Positions 31,953 to 46,591 of a stretch of 64,000 nt of DNA are shown one piece after another (the stretch's first letter is position 1; every line of letters starts with the position of its first letter). Location of the stretch: NCBI RefSeq assembly GCF_009914755.1, contig NC_060934.1; one strand, given 5' to 3'. Both the position numbers and the translations under genes were made by a program. This stretch comes from the human T2T-CHM13v2.0 reference genome, Homo sapiens. The notes beneath the pieces were generated by a model, which made no database searches, was not told the origin of the DNA, and was given only the letters and a program-made list of their open reading frames with translations.

Positions 31953-33371
31953 TATGCAGCCATAAAAAATGATGAGTTCACGTCCTTTGTAGGGACATGG
32001 ATGAAATTGGAAATCATCATTCTCAGTAAACTATCGCAAGAACAAAAAACCAAACACTGCATATTCTCACTCATAGGTGGGAATTGAACAATGAGATCAC
32101 ATGGACACAGGAAGGGGAATATCACACTCTGGGGACTGTGGTGGGGTGGGGGGATGGGGGAGTGATAGCATTGGGAGATATACCTAATGCTAGATGACGA
32201 GTTAGTGGGTGCAGCGCACCAGCATGGCACATGTATACATATGTAACTAACCTGCACAATGTGCACATGTACCCTAAAACTTAAAGTATAATAAAAAAAA
32301 ATAAAAAAATAAAAAAAAGAAAAGAAAAAAAAATCAGATTCACACACACAAAAAATCTAATAATTTTTAGTCCATTTAATTCTTTTAAGGAATTTTATGT
32401 ACTTTGCCCTCTGTTACCAGATGCATGCCATAAATAAAGGTGATGATAGGACAGCTGGGAATATGTGGAAACATAATTCAGTTTTAGTGTTTGATATGGG
32501 ACAGGGAACACAGTTAAGTCAGGTTATTTTTATGTTCCCATCTACTTGACCGGCATCTCTAAAGCTACTGAAAATCCATATTGGAGACAGGACAGAGAAA
32601 AATGCTTTGCTGAGAGATGTCCTGCTTTTCACAGCACGTGTTTCTGATGAGGGGTATTTAGCTTTTCACGAGGCGCATTTCCACGTGAATGCGGCTCCCC
32701 TTACATCTGGACAGAGGTGGAAGGAAATGGCACCCCGTGCCCTAACCATTGTCTAGTATTATGTGACTTATACCCTTGGCCCTGCCCCTGAAGTTTATTA
32801 TTCTTCCTGATTATGTTGAGACCTCTTTATTTTGAATTTATTTCATTTTGGACTTATAGTCATCCTTATAGTTTGTACTGTCATCTTCCTTTCTTCGCCT
32901 ATCTCAGTCACCTTGACCAGGTACAATGCTGGACCAAGGCCGAGAAAAGCAAATTTAACAGGGCCATCTGTGAAGTCTCACCTTTAGAAGAAACAACCAA
33001 AAAAACATTAGCTGCCGAAGTATAGATTTGGAGGGCCTGCTGGGCCCAGACAGCCAGGCATGGAGCTAGGAGTTTTAGTTGGCAATAAGCTTATAATGAG
33101 CCAACAGTGTGAGTTCCGCGGACGGATTCAGAGCTAGAAAGAGTGAAATAGGAAGTATGGTCTGGGGCATGAGAGGGAGACGACACTGATAATCTGTAAT
33201 TTACCTAGAGAAGCGTAATCAAGATCACCTGGATTATCAATCACTAGATAACGCTCACCGTGAGTGCTGTTGGGAGACACCGCTCAGTCTGCGGAGGACG
33301 GCAGAGCCAGTTTGCTCTGGCTTGGCCTGAAGAAGACGCTGAGAGTCGTCGAAGCTGTCCTCGGTTATTGA

Positions 33372-33951
<580 letters not shown>

Positions 33952-34448
33952 AGGTGAACTTTACTGATGAGACGCTGCTGGGCCATCGGGACACCTGCAG
34001 TAGAAATGTTTACAAGGCAATAAAATGTGCAGTTCATGCAGTTCATGCTCCAGACCCTCTCCCGGGTCTGCTTTTCCTCCTTTTTCTGTTCCCAGGAAGG
34101 GCTTTGGAATCAGACCTGGGCTCAGGTCCCAGCCCTGGCAAGTTCATGTGACATTGGTAGTCTGTGACACTGAGCAAGAGTGTCCTGGGATTTGGGCTGG
34201 GAATCTAAGCATGGTGAGCCCTGAAAGAGTTGATGTGTGTGGTAAGGAGTCTGCCTGTGCTGGGTGCCCTGGAGAGAAAGGGGGTCAGTGATCACCATTG
34301 TTATCCAGGTCTCCTCCTTACCTGGATGCCTGTCTCGCGTCTAATTCTTACCTGTTCTTCATACTGAGAGGTATATGCTTCAATCTAGCATCTCCGTATC
34401 CTACTCCTCTATCCACACTGACCCTCCACGGAAACGCCCTGGTGGTCT

Positions 34449-35378
34449 TGTTAAGAGTAGGGAGCTCAGCAGACATGAGCAGGGAAGCAGAGGCCCCGCC
34501 CCAGGACTGCCACGTGACCATCAGGTGATGGTCAGGCAGTTGTTAAACTTTCTCTCTAAAATAGTAATTGATCACAGTCAGTGCCAGGGAAAGGCAGTCT
34601 CCGCATAGATAGAAAACACCTGAAGCTGGTGATCAGCAGCTTCCCGATAAGACCTCCGGAGCTGGGCGAGCAGGCTCAAGCATACGCACTAAGAGGCAAG
34701 GTGGCGGAGTTTAACCAGTGTATGACCTTCTAGGAAGCTCAGCTGCTAGGGGAAGAACGCCTCAAGTGAGCATGCGCACAGCTCCAATAGACACCGGGCC
34801 TGCAGACCGCACGCCTCAAGTGAGCATGCGCACAACTCCAATAAACACCGGGCCTGCAGACCGCACGCCTCAAGTGAGCATGCGCACAGCTCCAATAGAC
34901 ACTGGGCCTGCAGACCGCACGCCTCAAGTGAGCATGCGCACAGCTCCAATAGACACCGGGCCTGCAGACCGCACGCCTCAAGTGAGCATGCGCACAGCTC
35001 CAATAGCCCCCGGGCCTGCAGACCGCATGCCTCAAGTGAGCATGCGCACAACTCCAATAAACACCGGGCCTGCGGACGGCACACCCCAAGGGAAGAACCA
35101 GAGGAGAAGAAATGCAAACCCAAGAGCCATGCCAACACAAAAAACCCCAAGTCAAGGGTGGATGGAGCACTGAGACCTCTCACATCGCCTGCTTAGCCCT
35201 CTTCCGAGTGTCCTTTACTTCTTTTTGTTGCTGCTCTAAAACTTTAATAAACGCTCACTCCTGCTCTAAAAGTCATCTTAATCTCACACTCTGCCTTATG
35301 CCCCTTGGCCAAATTCTTTCTTTTGAAGAGGCAAGAATTGAGTTGCTGCAGACTCATATATATTCACCTCTGCTAATG
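34449..35378 (+). mobile_element. MER50 solo LTR (ERV1), copy 1, with internal VNTR
   Basis: Starts 'tgttaagagtagg..cagacatgagcaggg', contains 'gaccatcaggtgatggtcagg' and AATAAA near 35246. 4-bp TSD GTCT at 34445-34448 and 35379-35382. Confidence 0.88.
34757..35080. repeat. Minisatellite, 54-bp unit x6, inside MER50
   Basis: Unit ACGCCTCAAGTGAGCATGCGCACA(G/A)CTCCAATA(G/A)ACACCGGGCCTGCAGACCGC at 34757, 34811, 34865, 34919, 34973 and 35027. Confidence 0.98.
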
Positions 35379-36680
35379 GTCTGTGAGGAAGTAATTCCGA
35401 CCGCAGGTATGGCTGCAGCTGGGCTTTATTCTATGCTGTAACTGGCCTGGCTCATGCCTCTCCCTCCTTCCCGGATGAGTGAGGACACAACAGGGCAGTG
35501 ACTACTCCTGGCACTTAAATCTCAGACTCTCGATATTTTATCTGATGAGAAAAAGTAAATAAAGTGATTTGTAAAGGGATAAATCTGGGATGCTATGAAT
35601 TTTCAACATGTAGCAGAAATATGTGTCATTTTAACTTTAAGAACAGCCATCGTATCCAACCAAGAAAGGTTACCGTGTAAATAGTATCCCTGGACTAGAT
35701 TGTGGCCATCATGAGCTTCTCCCTGGGCGTTTGTAATCGACCTCACAGTGGCCTGTGAATAACCCCCAAATAGGGAGTTTTCCCTCTTTGTAAGTGAGAT
35801 GTACATCCTAGAGTCAAAATCAAGTGGGGGGGCGGGGAACCCAGAAAAAAACTGATGCTTACCCAAGAATGATTGTTATCATGAATTCAATTAAAAAAAT
35901 TATTTTTTAAAGATCCCAAATTTTAAAAGAGGCATTTTGTAATCAAAAAGAGCTGATGGCAAAACCCATCTTGCTTGTGGAATGTATTTCTTTCTTTAAT
36001 TTGTGGCCGTCAAGATAAAAGTTTAAATATCAGATATGAATGTGAAAAGCACCGTGTCTACTATATTTAATATAATTATAATTTTTCAATATTTTATTAG
36101 CAACAAAGTCATATGATAACGAGGCATATTAGCATATTTATAATTCTGCCCTTCATACCCAGCAGGTTACTTGCAGGCTCTTTAATTCGAACGATCTTTT
36201 GTGTAAATGTAAACTACCTTTCCATTGCTAACAACACCATTGACCCCATGTCAGGCAACATTATCTTTTCGGTAATTTGCACCAATAGCTGCATTGTGTT
36301 TCATTTAGCAGAACGCTTATCAGGGAAAGACAGGAAGAGAGACATCCACAGCTCTTTGTCAAATAAATGGAGGTGATAATAAAAAAACGATAGGACTTAA
36401 GAAAGCAGATTGAGGAAGTGTGCAGACAGGAGGCAGAGAAGAGTATCTGGCCATTTGAGAGCAGAGAGAGGTGGGGCCAGGAATGCAGGAGGTGGCTCCA
36501 GCTCTGAGTGGCTTTGGGGTAGGAGCAGGTAGGTTGCAATTCCTTGTTCCCAATTTCAGGTGCTTAAGAAACTCTACTTCTGGATTTGGGGGTTTGAAAT
36601 ACAGGATGCAATTGCAGAAATAGCCTGTAAAGATGGAAGTGGGGAGCTGGTTTCATGGTCTCTGAACCCTCCATGGAATT

Positions 36681-36798
36681 GGAGGTTGCAGTGAGCCGAG
36701 ATCATGCCACTGCACTCCAGCCTGTGTGACAGAGTCAGACTCTGTCTCAAAAAAAATAAAAAATAAAAAATAAAAATAAATAATAAAAAATTAAAAAA
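36681..36798 (+). mobile_element. Alu 3' terminal fragment with A-rich tail
   Basis: 'ggaggttgcagtgagccgagatcatgccactgcactccagcctg...tctcaaaa'. Confidence 0.92.
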
Positions 36799-36873
36799 GA
36801 TGTGCTCAAACCTAGTTATAATGACTTAAAATTCATGGTCCAAAACTGCAATTACTTTTGCACCAACCTAATA
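36796..36873 (+). mobile_element. Hsmar1 mariner 3' end with right TIR and TA
   Basis: 'aaagatgtg...cctagttataatgacttaaaattcatggtccaaaactgcaattacttttgcaccaacctaa-ta' matches the recalled Hsmar1 3'UTR and TIR. Confidence 0.85.
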
Positions 36874-37483
36874 GTCAATGCCCTAAGAAAAAACTGTCAG
36901 CTCAGCAGGCCAGGGCCAGAGTAAATAGGAAATTTTCCCAAGGAAATTCGGGAAAGGAAAGAGGACTGCTGCAGAGAGTAAGATGGGAGAGAGAAGGGAT
37001 AAAAGTTAGAGCAAGAGGGGTTTTCAGAACTCTTAGGCTGTTACCACAATCATCCTGGACAGGAGCATTGGTCCAATTTTATTCACATCTTTAAGGACAG
37101 AGTGGTTCCAGTGGGCATTCAGCTACATTTAAAAATGACAGAAAGTATAAGAGAAAGGAAAACTAAGTCCTATGTGATTATCTTTCAAACTAAAATTGAA
37201 GCTTACGGTTTTTCTGCTGGGTTATGTGTGTGGATATTTAAAGTTCCAGTGGCTTCCCATCTCTGGCTATTATTTCTGTGGCATTCAGAACACAAGACTC
37301 TCCATTGACTGAATTGTCCAGTAGTATTAGGTCTTAATCAGCACAAAAGCATTAACAGTCTGAAACATTGCAATAAAAATTTTCTGCACCAATAGATAAT
37401 GAAGAAGGAGATCAAAACAAACCTCTGAATACACATGTATTTATGCATGTGTACATGGGCACACACATGTACATGGAACGATC

Positions 37484-38518
<1,035 letters not shown>

Positions 38519-39337
38519 GAGCTATTTTACTGGTATCCTCTTGGACCCTTTGACACTTTGTTTTAGTGCCATATTTCACAGGCAGTTCTTGATATTTTAA
38601 AATCATTTTTGGAAGGAGACAACCTGCTTTGGATTATTATTTTTTTGCCGTGCACAATGAACGGAAATGTTGCAAATATGAGCTTTCAATATCATTTGTT
38701 ATTTTTTCATCAGAATATAAATTGCTGAACTTAGTACTAGTTATCAGAAAATTGAGGGACAATAATTTAAGAAAAGGTCAGTGGAAGTAAAGTGTGGCTC
38801 TCAGAAACAAGGGGCTCCCCTAGTGGAAAAGGCAGGCTGAGATAGGGAAATAGCAGGGAAAAGGCTGTGAAAGGCAGGAGGATTTCACACCCATCTGCCA
38901 CTTACTCAGAGGTCGTGGACTGGCCGTTTAATTTTTTGAAACTAATTTTCCTTATGAGAACAGATGTTAATAGTGACCTGTCAAAAGTCGTTTCCATCAA
39001 ATACTATAATAACCTAGCTCAGTGCCTGGCACATGCAGTCACTTAAGGAGTAGAAATTTTTATCATTATCATTATTATTATTGCTAGTATCTTGCTTACT
39101 AATAGGTTGAATGCCGTTGACTTCCACTTGCCTACTGGTCCAAGCTTTAAAGCTTCTTTAGTGTTCCCTAGAATGTCTATCAATCTGATTGAGAAGAGTG
39201 TTTAGGCTTTTGAGATGGAATCATTGACTTCAAAGTGCTCAGACATTACTATTGCTTGTGTTTCTAATCTGAGAGAGAAGACAATTACAACAATTATTGA
39301 TTCACAGGATTTTTGTGTTGGAAAGAACTTCAGATAA

Positions 39338-39649
<312 letters not shown>

Positions 39650-40388
39650 AGACTTCAGATAATTCTTGAACCACTTCTCTGCAGCCACCACTGAGACTGA
39701 GGATGGCCAGGCCAACAAAAGTTCCCCTTTTCTGATCCATGCAGCTGTAGTCAAGTTAGAACAAGAATCCGTCTCCTAGACACCACTGTGGGGTTTCCAC
39801 CTTTTAAAATAGAGTATAGTTGGGCTTGTTAGTATTACAGCAGCCCTCTCTGGAGTATCAAAATACATGATATGACAAAAGTTAATTATACACAACCAGC
39901 CAAGGAAAAAATCTCAAACTGAAATTCACAGTTGAATCTTTATGGTTTCCATGGTAATGGGAAGTTGAGAGTGTTCAAATAGAGGAATCTTGCACAAAAA
40001 AATGTGTTGGGTGATTTTTCCAACATCTCGTAAGTGGTTAATCAGGCCAGATCCATCGTGATGTTACTGGGAGCTGCGTGTCAGAGAAAAGAGCAAGCTC
40101 CGTTTCAGTGCCATCCGCGTGCAGCACCTGTGGCTCTCGCTGTGTGCTGGCTCTCCCCAGGCAGGGAGACAATTAAATAATGAGGAAGGCATGGGCTTCC
40201 TAGTGCCCACGGGCCATTAGAAGGAATCCTCTTCTGCACCCCAGTCTGATGTTCTTCCTCATGCAAAAGTTTACCAGGGGATTCAAGATGTGGTCGAGGT
40301 CTGCGTCCAGTGACCACAGTTGTGTCATTGACTGAGCCACAAAGAGAAAGCAAAGCAAGGGATAACCAGAGGGAAGCTGGCCTACGAC

Positions 40389-40688
40389 TTTTTAATTTTG
40401 TATTTATTTTTTTGTCTCGCTCTGTCGCTCAGGCTGGAGTACAGTGGTGCAATCTTGGCTCACTGAAACCTCTGACTCCTGGGTTCCAGTGATTCTCTTG
40501 CCTCAGCCTGCTGAGTAGCTGGGACTACAGGTGCGTGTCACCACGCCTGCCTAATTTTTGTATTTTTAGCAAAGACGGGGATTTCTCCAGGGTGGCCGGG
40601 CTGGTCTCAAACTCCCGACCTCAAATGATTTGCCGGCCTTGGCTTCCCAAAGTGCTGAGATTACAGGTACGAGCTACTGCACCCAGCC
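40389..40688 (-). mobile_element. Alu (Sz/Jb-like), diverged
   Basis: Reverse dimeric Alu. Confidence 0.9.
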
Positions 40689-40918
40689 ACACCCACAGCT
40701 CTTTATGATGCCGCTGACAGTGACTCCACTGCACAGCGGTGGCAGAATGGCTGCTCCTTGTTGATGCTGGGTCATAGACCTATGAGATTTATCTCACTGT
40801 TTTCTTCAGTTTTATATAAATAAGAATTCTAATAGAGGGAAAGAAAGATAACCAATACATACAACAGCTTCAAATCACAAAACACCTTTAATATAAACTG
40901 GCAAAAAGTGCATATTAG

Positions 40919-41076
40919 TGTGGACGCGAGAGTCAAGCTCTTTAAAACATATGAAAAGATTTATTCTGAGCCAAATATGAGTGACCATGGCCCGTGATGC
41001 AGCCCTCAGGAGACATTGAGAACATTTGCCCAAAGTCGTCCGGGCACAGTTTGGTTTTAACCCTTTTAGGGAGATG
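40919..41076 (-). mobile_element. MER4-family LTR terminal fragment
   Basis: 'agatttattctgagccaaatatgagtgaccatggcccgtga..cagccctcaggaga..tgagaacat' matches the reverse of the MER4A/B end. Confidence 0.75.
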
Positions 41077-41330
41077 TGATGGGGGCAGGGAAGTGCTGCA
41101 TAGAGAAGGGCAAGGTCCCTGGTGAAGCCTGCATCCTCTGGCCTGTGCCCATGGACCTAAGTGAGAACAGGTACTCCTGTTTTTGCACCTGAACGTTGCA
41201 TTTTCCAAGCCCACTCTGGACTGCCATGCCCCTTCCCATCCTGTGCGCATAAAAACCTAAAACCATAGTGGGCAGAAACACAAGTGGCTGAACATTGAGA
41301 AGAACAGAGGCACAGAGCAGGGCAGAGTGG
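41077..41330 (+). mobile_element. LTR1/LTR27/LTR28-group ERV1 LTR, 5' part
   Basis: 'gggaagtgctg..tagagaaggg..ggtccctgg...ggacctaagtgagaacagg.actcctg...gttgcattttccaag...cccatcctgtgc.cataaaaacc'. Confidence 0.65.
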
Positions 41331-41560
41331 ATCTGGACCACAGGCACAAACCCCGGCCCCGTGCAGCATGCTTGCTTGTCCAGCGGGAAAGGTGGGAGTG
41401 CTGCCCTGCGGCGGGAGGACACACAAACTGCCAGTGATTGGCCAACAGACTCCTTCCAGAACAAACTGCATGATCTGGTACAAGGACATATCCAGAAAAA
41501 GCCTCCGGGTGGACCTATGGCCCTGGCCACAAAGTATGATGACCTTGAAATTCCACGTGA

Positions 41561-41846
41561 ATGCCCCGGAAGACATGGACTCCAGAGGAGGCTCCGAACA
41601 GTCAGGTGGGCAGGTGTATGCCCCGGGAAGACATGGACTCCAGAGGAGGCTCCGAACAGTCAGGTGGGCAGGTGTATGTCCCGGAAGACATGGAATCCAG
41701 AGGAGGCTCCGAACAGCCAGGTGGGCAGGTGTATGCCCCGGAAGACATGGACTCCAGAGGAGGCTCCGAACAGCCAGGTGGGCAGGTGTATGCCCCGGAA
41801 GACATGGACTCCAGAGGAGGCTCTAAACAGCCAGGTGGGCAGGTGT
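41561..41846. repeat. Minisatellite, 57-bp unit x5
   Basis: Unit ATGCCCCGGAAGACATGGACTCCAGAGGAGGCTCCGAACAG(T/C)CAGGTGGGCAGGTGT at 41561, 41618, 41676, 41733 and 41790. Confidence 0.98.
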
Positions 41847-42677
41847 TCCTTGGACATCACAGTTCCAGGACCAGGAGGGTCCCCGTGATGGAGACGGTCC
41901 CTCTGAATTTAAATTGTCCCAACAACATGGGCTCCTTCTCATGTGCACATATCCTGCTGATGCCATGTATAGATGCAGCTCCCTTAAGGCACTGAGATGA
42001 GATTGAGCAGTGGAACGTTGGGGAAATGAGGAGCTTAAAATTATCCCCAAATAGAGAAGATAAATTAAGAAATGAAATTTTGTAGTTTGTGCCCATTCAC
42101 AAACACTTTGAGATTCTCCTAAATATTTCAAATGGGATAAGGAAAGATATTTAAGCTACCTAGCAGGGGAAAACTTGTTTTCAACATTAATATTAGTATT
42201 TCAGAGGAAGAGCTTATTTTCTTCAATGTTATATAGGTTTATTAATTAATTCATCACCAATGTGCAAGCCAGCAGCTGCAGTGCTGTGTGCTTATTTTTA
42301 ATGAAAACTAGAGGAAGACATTTCATTTTTAAAAAAATTCTTCAGTAAAGATAATTCATAAATATTGTTTTTGCTTTATAATAAGAAAAATAACAAAATA
42401 TACTAATTCTTTTATCATTGGTTCAAGGGGTATGTAGAAGACTCTTTTAAGATTCTGATTTTTTTTTCTAGTCTATCCTGCTACCTCTATCTTCACCATG
42501 ATATCAAAACTTCAGTGAAAAAATTTAAAGCTCTTAACCAGCAAGGTAAATATAAAGCATACATAGTCTTCAGACAGACTGACTTTAAGCCAGGAGGAAG
42601 CATTGGTGTTTCTTTCCACAGTCTAATCTGTATGTTGGTGAAATGATGCAGAGATCTTGGTGAAACAAAATGTATAG

Positions 42678-43155
<478 letters not shown>

Positions 43156-43159
43156 TATA

Positions 43160-43292
43160 TTTTATTTTCTTCTCCTTTTTTTTTTTAAGACAGAGCCTTG
43201 TTCTGTTGCCCAGGCTGGGGTGCAGTGTCGCGATCGTGTGCCTGAACCTCCCAAGTAGCTGGGATCACAGGCGTGAGCCTCCACGCCTGGCC
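43160..43292 (-). mobile_element. Alu monomer/FLAM-like fragment with internal deletion
   Basis: 'agacagagccttgttctgttgcccaggctgg...cgatc' joined directly to 'tgcctgaacctcccaagtagctggga...cctggcc'. Confidence 0.8.
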
Positions 43293-43884
43293 ATGTATGC
43301 AGTTTCTAATTTACATCCTCATAAATGATGGCATCATGAACACACTTGCACACATCTTTCACCTGAATCTTTCAGATTATGGAGGTAAAGGCGAAATTGA
43401 TTCTTATCACAGAAATGTTGAGTAAAAGGACCTGAATTTTAAAGAAATGTTGATAGGCAATTGCAAGGGAATTTATGGTATTCTAACACCTGTATTCCCA
43501 TAGGCAATGCGTGATAACTCTCTTTTCACTATTCTTTTGCAAAGATTTAGTATTCTTATTAGACATAGCTTATGCCTTTTGGTACATAAATTTTGGTATC
43601 TGGTATATTTTTGCATTTTATTGCTTATTCATGATATTGTTCACATCTTAATGTATTTATTGAGCTTTTTTCTCTTTAGATATTTTAATTTATTTCTATT
43701 TTGTGTTCATATTTTATTTTTTATTTGTGAGCCCTTTTGTATTAAGATTATTAACTCTTTATAATTCTTGAAGCTAATAATTTTCTGGGTTAATTGAGGT
43801 TGTTTCTGAGAGATGTGGCTGGTGGGATGACAGAGAGACAGAAGGAGAGAGAGAAAGAGAGAGAGAGAGAGAGGAGGGAGAGGA

Positions 43885-44008
43885 GGGAGAAGGCAATGTA
43901 ATTTGCCTTACTTTGCTTAGTTGCCTAGCAGAATTATACTAAGATTGGGAGAAGGCAATGTAATTTGCCTTACTTTGCTTAGTTGCCTAGCAGAATTATA
44001 CTAAGATT
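43885..44008. repeat. Perfect 62-bp tandem duplication
   Basis: gggagaaggcaatgtaatttgccttactttgcttagttgcctagcagaattatactaagatt at 43885-43946 and 43947-44008. Confidence 0.97.
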
Positions 44009-44710
44009 GAGGTCAATTGGGCCTGTTTTAAGTGTATTTATTCAGAGTGGATAATATTGCCATATTTACCCAGTATTTCAGTTTGTTCTTCAGATGTTGG
44101 CTGTTTAATTAAGGGCTGTAAATGGCTACGTGTAAAATAACACTATGATAGTGGTTACCTGTATCTAACAGTTTATTCAAAGACTCACTGTAGGTATTTT
44201 TCTTCATGCTACAAAAAGGAAAAGTTAGCATCAGTTCCATTTTTGAATGTGTAGAATGATTCACAGACAAAATCAGTTTATAAATTGCATCTACCAAAGA
44301 GATATTTAGGAAGGGAACATTATGTCACCAAGATCTATTTATTTAACCAGAACTTTGTAAACCTGTGAGATCATGTCGACACCTGCTCATTCTGCTCCTT
44401 CTCCAGGAGGCACCTGTGCTCCTGTCTGAGTAATCCCAGCAGGCCACGCCAGCTGTGGAAGGCACATGGGCTAAGGAGGTCCTGTGCTCTCAGAGCAAGT
44501 TGCCCGGGATGCAGGGCAACACACACAAGTGTGTGTCATCATGCGCCATGGAGGTCCTTGACTTCCCAGGTAATTGCGATGTCCAGAAAGGCAAAAAATA
44601 AACATAAAGCAAGTCAGAAATAAAGATTCAGAGAAGTTTTTCTTTGAAGGGAATCTAAGGTTGGGAGCAGAGGCTGAGAAGACCTATATGAGCAGTTCAA
44701 AGAAGAGGAG

Positions 44711-46319
44711 TTTTTTTTATTATTATCCTTTAAGTTCTGGGATACATGTGCAGAACGTGCAGTTTTGTTACATAGGTACACACGTGCCATGGTGGTTTGC
44801 TGCACCCATCAACCTGTCACCTACATTAGGTATTTCTCCTAATGTTATCCCTCCCCTAGCTCCCCATCCCCCAACAGACCCTGGTGTGTGATGTTCCCTT
44901 CCCTCTGTCTATGTGTTCTCATTGTTCTACTCCCACTTATGAGTGAGAATATGCAGTGTTTGGTTCTCTGTTCTTGTGATAGTTTGCTGAGAATGAAGGT
45001 TTCCAGCTTCATCCATGTTCCTGCAAAGGACATGAACTCATCCTTTTTTATGGCTGCGTAGTATTCCATGGTGTATATGTGCCACGTTTTCTTTATCCAG
45101 TCTATCATTGATGGACATTTGGGTTGGTTCCAAGTCTTTGTTATTGTAAATAGTGCCACAATAAACATATGTGTGCATGTGTCTTTATAGTAGAATAATT
45201 TATAATCCCTTGGGTATATGCCCAGTAATGGGATTGCTGGGTCAAATGGTATTTCTAGTTCTAGATCCTTGAGGAATTGCCACACTGTCTTCCACAATGG
45301 TTGAACTAATTTACACTCCCACCAACAGTGTAAAAGCATTCCTATTTTTCCACATCCTCTCCAGTATCTGTTGTTTCCTGACTTTTTAATGATCACCATT
45401 CTAACTGGCATGAGATGGTATCTCATTGTGGTTTTGATTTGCATTTCTCTAATGACCAGTGATGATGAGCATTTTTTCATATGTTTGTTGGCTGCATAAA
45501 TTTCTCCTTTTGAGAATTGTCTGTTCGTATCCTTTGCCCACTTTTTGATGGTTTTGTTTTTTCTCTTGTGAATTTGTTTAAGTTATTTGTAGATTCTGGA
45601 TATTAGCCCTTTGTCAGATGGATAGATTGCAAAAATTTTCTCCCATTCTCTAGGTTGCCTATTCACTCTGATGATAGTTTCCTTTGCTGTGTGGAAGCTC
45701 TTTAGTTTAATTAGACCCCATTTGTCAATTTTGGCTTTTGTTACCATTGCTTTTGGTGTTTTAGACATAAAGTCTTTGCCTATGCCTATGTCCTGAATGG
45801 TATTGCCCACGTTTTCTTCTGGGATTTTTATGGTTTTAGATCTTATGTTTAAGTCTTTACTCCATCTTGAGTTGATTTTTGTATGAGGTATAAGGAAGGG
45901 GTCCAGTTTCAGTTTTCTGCGTATGGCCAGCCAGCTTTCCCAACACCATTTATTAAATAGGGAAATTTTTCCCCATTGCTTGTTTGTGTCAGGTTTGTCA
46001 AAGATTAGATTGTTGTAGATGTGTGGTGTTATTTCTGAGGCCTCTGTTCTGTTCCATTGGTCTATATATCTGTTTTGGTACGAGTATCATGCTGTCTTTG
46101 TTACTGTAGCCTTGTAGTATAGTTTGAAATCAGGTAGCATGATGCCTCTGGCTTCTTTTTTTTTTTTCTTGCATAGGATTGTCTTGGCTATGCGGGCCCT
46201 TTTTTGGTTCCATATAAAGTTTAAAGTAGTTTTTTTCCCAATTCTGTGAAGAAAGTCAGTGGTAGCTTGATAGGGAAAGCATTGAATCTATAACTTACTT
46301 TGGGCAGTGTGGCCATTTT
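44711..46319 (-). mobile_element. 5'-truncated L1PA7/PA8-like element (3' 1.6 kb)
   Basis: The T-tail is followed by 'taagttctgggatacatgtgcagaacgtgcag'. ORFs 44845-45480 and 45583-45810 translate to the ORF2 C-terminus. Confidence 0.92.
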
Positions 46320-46591
46320 AGAAGTGCTTTTGAAACAGTGAGACCCTAACACTTAAAACCTTAGCAGCACAATGTTATGTCGGATCAGAATATAATGAAA
46401 TGCCTGAGGTTTGGATTTGTAGTGTGATATTTTTCTCATTTGAGTTTGTTTTGTCTCTTCATTTGTGGCAATTTTTTTCTTTTATAAAAGGGCATTTTAG
46501 GCTGGAAGTCCGTCTGTTGCAATGCTGCCCTCACGGGCACCCGTGCACCAATCTGGCCCTTAGCATGTGCTGATGGCGGGGGATTGGGTGT

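Noticed and set aside
38814-38826. CTCF-like motif (reverse CCACTAGGGGAGC)
   Set aside because: A single imperfect match is expected by chance in 64 kb and cannot be supported without ChIP data.
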